Shown here piece after piece: positions 59,917 through 64,000 of a DNA stretch of 64,000 bases. The position numbers and the translations under genes were made by a program. How positions within the stretch are numbered: the first letter of the stretch is position 1; each line of letters starts with the position of its first letter. The notes under the pieces were generated by a model that searched no databases, was not told where the DNA came from, and saw only the letters and a program-made list of their open reading frames with translations. This DNA comes from a virus (lineage: Duplodnaviria > Caudoviricetes), in IMG/VR virus record IMGVR_UViG_3300027810_000010, positions 892 to 64,891 of that record. One strand, given 5' to 3'.

Positions 59917-60225
59917 TTAATATTTCTCCAAATCCTGTATAAGTAACCTTAAGGATTGGACTTTGTTTTTTATTTCAATCGAAGACGGAACATAGTTCGG
60001 TCCCCAATCGGAGGTAATTTGAATCTGGTTAGATTGTTTGGAATTACCAAAATCTAAACCAATATCTATGCATATATCATGAATGAAATTAAGTTTATTT
60101 TCTAAACCTTTATCAAAATCATATACTACGACAGATTCATAATTCTCTCCTGCTGCATTGATGTTATCATCAGTCACTGTTTTAATAACTCCATTGTCTG
60201 CTAATTTTAAATTAACTTCCTGCAT
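59917..60225 (-). CDS. Hypothetical protein
   Basis: 102-aa ORF with LADNGVIK motif. Confidence 0.65.
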   Translation of the reverse strand: MQEVNLKLADNGVIKTVTDDNINAAGENYESVVVYDFDKGLENKLNFIHDICIDIGLDFGNSKQSNQIQITSDWGPNYVPSSIEIKNKVQSLRLLIQDLEKY

Positions 60226-60592
60226 TTAGTCTTGCTTTTCTAGAATTATTAGCTTGCTTATTTAATTTCTTTGCTCTCTTTCTATCTTCGGCTTTAGTTT
60301 CTTTAATAGTAACGTTGGATAAACCGAATGCTTCTTCCAATATGTCAATTTCTTCTTGATTATATCCTTGATCTTTCCATGTTATTTTCAAGGCTTCTAA
60401 TTTAACAGCCAATTGCTCTTCAAGTTGATCATTGATTCTATTTAGTTCCTTTTCGTGAAAGTCTCTACCTTCTTCTTGTTTTAAAGAAGCCCATGCAATT
60501 CCCTTTTCAGAGAATCTTCCCCATTGGTTCTTTGCCTTTAAGAGTCCTACTCTACCGTAAGTCTTTCTTCTGTTTTGTCTTGCGATTCCCAT
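60212..60592 (-). CDS. Hypothetical basic helical protein
   Basis: 126-aa ORF. Confidence 0.65.
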   Translation of the reverse strand: MGIARQNRRKTYGRVGLLKAKNQWGRFSEKGIAWASLKQEEGRDFHEKELNRINDQLEEQLAVKLEALKITWKDQGYNQEEIDILEEAFGLSNVTIKETKAEDRKRAKKLNKQANNSRKARLNAGS

Positions 60593-60593
60593 A

Positions 60594-61124
60594 TTATGAT
60601 TTGTAATAATTAGTAACGAATTCGTTGATTTGTTCTTTTAAAAAGTCTTGCAAGTTATTTATCTCAATTTGAGATGCTGCCGATTTTGATATCTCTTCAA
60701 GTATTTCACTAGATTCTTCTTCTGAGTTTTCAACTAACATGTTAAAAACTTCTTTCTTTGGTAGATTAATACCTACTGAAAGGTCGAATGATTCTACATT
60801 CTTAGAAGATAATGTTTTTATTAATTTAGAAAGAGGGCTTGCTTCGATAGGTTCGACTATATTAGATACTGTCGCTGGCTTTATCGGGTTTATAGGATCA
60901 ATTTGGGCTGTTGTCTTTTTAGTATCTATAGATTCTGCTCCTGGAAAAGGAAGTCCCTCTAGAGTCACTATTTCTAGAAACTCGCTAATCAATGATGTGT
61001 ATATTCTGCCACCTGATTCAAAGTTTGTGAATTCTCCTTCAATTCCTTCTACAGTTTCAACCTGTCCGAATTTATCTCCTTTTTTCCATTGATATTGTAT
61101 CGCTTCTTTCAAAGTATCTTGCAT
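60594..61124 (-). CDS. Hypothetical protein; start probably MQDTLKE at 61124
   Basis: The track's longer start overlaps 61156-61368; YQWKKGDKFGQVETV domain. Confidence 0.6.
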   Translation of the reverse strand: MQDTLKEAIQYQWKKGDKFGQVETVEGIEGEFTNFESGGRIYTSLISEFLEIVTLEGLPFPGAESIDTKKTTAQIDPINPIKPATVSNIVEPIEASPLSKLIKTLSSKNVESFDLSVGINLPKKEVFNMLVENSEEESSEILEEISKSAASQIEINNLQDFLKEQINEFVTNYYKS

Positions 61125-61155
61125 TTTAATGTGTTTAGGTATTATACCCTTTCTC

Positions 61156-61368
61156 TTAAAAAAGTTTAAGCTGAGGTATTTGATTAAATTCAATGTCTGT
61201 AGAATTATAAAATTTATAAAATTCTTCACAGAATGCATGTGAGTCATTAGGACCAATCACTGCATCCTTATTTCTAAGGTATCTGTTGTAAAACTCGTTG
61301 CTTCCGTTATCTTTTAAATAAGATTCTAATACCTCTAATTCGGGTAAATATATTTTGTTAATGCTCAT
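61156..61368 (-). CDS. Hypothetical protein
   Basis: 70-aa ORF overlapping the dCMP deaminase stop. Confidence 0.6.
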   Translation of the reverse strand: MSINKIYLPELEVLESYLKDNGSNEFYNRYLRNKDAVIGPNDSHAFCEEFYKFYNSTDIEFNQIPQLKLF

Positions 61369-61870
61369 TCCATACTATTTCTTGTTCAACAATAATTCCT
61401 GCTTTTTCTAATAATTCAATACCTGACATATCTCTGTAGTCTTCACAGTAGTATACTTTACTGACACCTGACTGGATGATTAATTTAGCACATTCGAAAC
61501 AAGGTGAAGTTGTAGTATAAAGAACTGATTCCTTTGACGTAAGTGTAGATTTAGCTATTTTCATTAGTGCATTTGATTCTGCATGTAGAACTTCGCGTTT
61601 TGTGATAGAGTTTGGTTTATGACAACATCCGTTATCACATGTAAATCCCTGTTCTATTAAATCTAAGGCAACATCTGGATTTTCGTAAAATCTATTATCG
61701 TCTTCTTCGCATGTATTATTAAATCCATGGGGAGTTCCGTTATATCCTACTGAAATAATCTGGTTATCTTTTACAATAACACATCCTACTTTTCTTCGTT
61801 CTGCATAACTAAGTTTCGAAACCTGGTATGCAATTTGCATGTAAATTTTATCTACTGATATTCTTGGCAT
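61358..61870 (-). CDS. cd: dCMP deaminase
   Basis: KVGCVIVK, GYNGTP, HAESNA, SPCFECAKLIIQSG. Confidence 0.93.
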   Translation of the reverse strand: MPRISVDKIYMQIAYQVSKLSYAERRKVGCVIVKDNQIISVGYNGTPHGFNNTCEEDDNRFYENPDVALDLIEQGFTCDNGCCHKPNSITKREVLHAESNALMKIAKSTLTSKESVLYTTTSPCFECAKLIIQSGVSKVYYCEDYRDMSGIELLEKAGIIVEQEIVWNEH

Positions 61871-61882
61871 ATTATATAAAAT

Positions 61883-61926
61883 AAAAAAGTCTGTGTAGAT
61901 TATACACAGACTTTAAAAATAGTTTA
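61883..61926 (-). promoter_or_regulatory. Terminator hairpin overlapping a TAAAC-N16-GTATAA promoter
   Basis: AAGTCTGTGTA-loop-TACACAGACTT followed by a T-run. The GTATAA -10 (61900-61905) lies in the hairpin, with TAAAC at 61922-61926. Confidence 0.65.
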
Positions 61927-61942
61927 AATAAGTAGCTTCTGG

Positions 61943-62512
61943 TTATTCAGCAGGAGCTTCTTCACTAGGAGATTCATTAACCTCTTTCATTTCATTTACT
62001 TTCTTAGTATATGCTTCAATCATTTCGTTACATGCAGCTTCAAAAGCTTCAACGGTATAATCTTCTTTCATATCTTTAAGAGATTTTGCAGATGTCGCAG
62101 CAACTAGTGCAGCGTTTTCTTTAAAGTATGTTTCAACAGTATGCTCGTCATGTGCATCATCTGCCCATACTTTAGCTTCGTTTTTACATGCTTCATACAA
62201 TTCATGCACCATATCAGATACAAGTTTTGCTTCTTCAGTCTCTTCAGTCTCTTCAACTTCTTTTTCCGTAGCTACAGGTTCGTCAGATTCTGTAACTTCT
62301 TCAGTTTCACAGATACATTCAGATTCTCCACATGCTTCGCATGATTCTTTAATCTCTACATCTTCTGCAATGGCTTCACCGTTTCCTTGAACTTCCTCAG
62401 ATTCTTCTTCAGGACGTTCTTCCGGCTCAGCTGTAGCTACAGTCTCCTGTTCTACTTCAGTAGCTCTATCCATTTCAGATAAAAACTGTTCAAATGATTT
62501 TAATTTTGCCAT
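61943..62512 (-). CDS. Highly acidic putative prohead core/internal protein
   Basis: MAKLKSFEQFLSE targeting-like start, Glu-rich, CxxCxxxxCxC; GATATATA at 62540-62547. Confidence 0.65.
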   Translation of the reverse strand: MAKLKSFEQFLSEMDRATEVEQETVATAEPEERPEEESEEVQGNGEAIAEDVEIKESCEACGESECICETEEVTESDEPVATEKEVEETEETEEAKLVSDMVHELYEACKNEAKVWADDAHDEHTVETYFKENAALVAATSAKSLKDMKEDYTVEAFEAACNEMIEAYTKKVNEMKEVNESPSEEAPAE

Positions 62513-62531
62513 AATTTTATATTTTATTTAT

Positions 62532-64000
62532 TTACTTACTATATATCTTCGATTCTATGATGAATGCATTGAAGTCTGTTATGATAAAGGGCTTAGATTC
62601 AGTAACTACTGATTCTGCAAATGCTTCAATATCCCATTGAATTCTCTGTAGTGGATCATCTCCTCTAAATTCTTTCTTAACCCAATCAATAAGTCCTGTT
62701 TCATTCTTAGCATTTTGTGCCATATCGAAAGCATTATCTGCTCCTCCATTTGCTGCCATATCTTCTAACCATTGATCGTATTTCTTTTGGTTCCATTTAA
62801 CAGCCTTAACTGCTTTCTTATGTGGTCCATCTCCTAATTTAGAAACAGATGCATCGTAAGAACCTGGAAGAAATACACCAACATCCTTACCATTACCATA
62901 TCCAATTTCTTTTCTAAATCTTCTTAAAGAATATTCACCACTTTCGATTTGCTTTCTTCTAGAAACTTCACCTTGTTTTTTACCAAGTTCAATTTTCATT
63001 AACTCAGCAGTTTTAGGATCTGTTTCAAAATGCAATTGTTCTATATTATCAGTTTTAAAAGTAAATACACTCTCAGTAACTACTGATTCAAAGTCACCTT
63101 TGTTTTTGTTATAATATTTTTGAGTAGCCATCGGAAGTTTAAATATAGAAGTACCGTCTTTAAGAGCTCTTTTAATCTGCTTGATCATTCTATCTTTAGA
63201 ATCTTCATTAACTACTGATTCACTAAATAATCTCTTACCTGTGTTATCTTCTAAATGTAATAATGCTTTAGGATATTTCTTTTGCATTACATTAAATGTA
63301 GCAGGAGCAATCTCCGGAGTACTTACAGGTTCTTGATGGATAACTTTACCATCTTGTACAACTACAATAACAGCAGGATAACTTCCTTGCTTTGCTGCTT
63401 TATGTACTTTACCTTTATTAGCCTCAGTAACTCCTCTTGAAGAATCTTTACATGAAGGACAAAATCCTTTGTTTTTTTCCCATGCTTTCCTAGTATTAAC
63501 TTCGTCACATTCTAAACAAGCTATTTTTTGTACCTTCTCAGTAACTACTGATTCGATTATTACTGATTCAAAATCATCAGGTAATCCTCCGTACCATCCT
63601 GAGTTTTTATCACTAGGAGTTCCTTCACCATAAATACTGTCTAGAACTTTAACGTCCATTTCAACATTCCATGATTTAGTTTTACTATCAAAACCAATAT
63701 TCTTTCTAATAGCTCCTCTAGGTTGTTCTGCAACAAACTCTTTAAAATCAAGATAATCTTGTTCTTCTTTAAATGCAAGACCAATAGTATTCTTAGCTTC
63801 AGTAACTACTGATTCGTTCTTTAATCTTTCGATATCATCTTGAATAGATGCCTTTCTACCTTGGTCTGCAGGTGTGTTTGATTTTATTGATTTAAGTAAA
63901 TCTTCAAGCTCTTTAATCTCTTTAGAGTTTTTTGCTTCAGTAACTACTGATTCATTTGCTGAACCATCGGCTGGAAACTTAGATAAATGAGAAACTACAT
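62532..64000 (-). CDS. Modular putative capsid-internal polyprotein; 5' end lies beyond the window
   Basis: The frame is open from 63659 to the window end: ...SAN-ESVVTEA-KNSKEI...RLKN-ESVVTEA-KNTIGL...NVE-MDVK. Seven linker repeats; C-terminal IITDFNAFIIE. Confidence 0.8.
   Translation of the reverse strand, partial: VVSHLSKFPADGSANESVVTEAKNSKEIKELEDLLKSIKSNTPADQGRKASIQDDIERLKNESVVTEAKNTIGLAFKEEQDYLDFKEFVAEQPRGAIRKNIGFDSKTKSWNVEMDVKVLDSIYGEGTPSDKNSGWYGGLPDDFESVIIESVVTEKVQKIACLECDEVNTRKAWEKNKGFCPSCKDSSRGVTEANKGKVHKAAKQGSYPAVIVVVQDGKVIHQEPVSTPEIAPATFNVMQKKYPKALLHLEDNTGKRLFSESVVNEDSKDRMIKQIKRALKDGTSIFKLPMATQKYYNKNKGDFESVVTESVFTFKTDNIEQLHFETDPKTAELMKIELGKKQGEVSRRKQIESGEYSLRRFRKEIGYGNGKDVGVFLPGSYDASVSKLGDGPHKKAVKAVKWNQKKYDQWLEDMAANGGADNAFDMAQNAKNETGLIDWVKKEFRGDDPLQRIQWDIEAFAESVVTESKPFIITDFNAFIIESKIYSK
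62598..63953 (-). repeat. 18-bp repeat cluster 3 (GAATCAGTAGTTACTGAR)
   Basis: Copies at 62598-62615, 63072-63089, 63204-63221, 63537-63554 (with a tandem partial at 63555-63569), 63798-63815 and 63936-63953. Confidence 0.9.

Noticed and set aside
62598-63953. CRISPR array interpretation of the 18-bp repeats
   Set aside because: The repeats are short, the intervals are long and irregular (>100 to ~470 bp) and always in frame within an ORF, and no cas genes are present.
1-64000. tRNA, rRNA, or intron/intein insertions
   Set aside because: Intergenic gaps are short and AT-rich with no cloverleaf seen; uvsW, primase and gp32 appear uninterrupted and of ordinary length.

Overview
A 64-kb AT-rich segment of a large T4-like (probably jumbo) myovirus genome. 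Essentially all genes are on the minus strand and read in the standard genetic code. Several features point to a Bacteroidota host: SD-less A-rich leaders, a Bacteroidota-like bS1 and a DUF6808-like membrane protein. In window order it holds a DNA-modification/nucleotide cluster (HNH nuclease, dimeric dUTPase/dCTPase, T4-type alpha-glucosyltransferase, RfbB, cytidylyltransferase); a block of putative capsid-internal proteins; UvsW/UvsY/primase/gp32/RuvC-like genes; tail fibre, baseplate and neck genes with an amidoligase and a ribosomal-protein-S1 homologue among them; and dCMP deaminase plus more head proteins. The most striking observation concerns three separate genes (5783-7918, 13949-16039, 62532->64000). 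Each is an in-frame array of unrelated mini-domains separated by a conserved, partly palindromic 18-bp DNA repeat (GAATCAGTARTTACTGAA) encoding E-S-V-(V/I)-(T/N)-E, which resembles a prohead-protease cleavage site. These may be shufflable 'cassette polyproteins' that deliver many small effectors inside the virion. Two promoter classes are also visible: GA(A)TATATA and GAAAC-N16-GTATAA. All family assignments come from recognised motifs; no searches were run.
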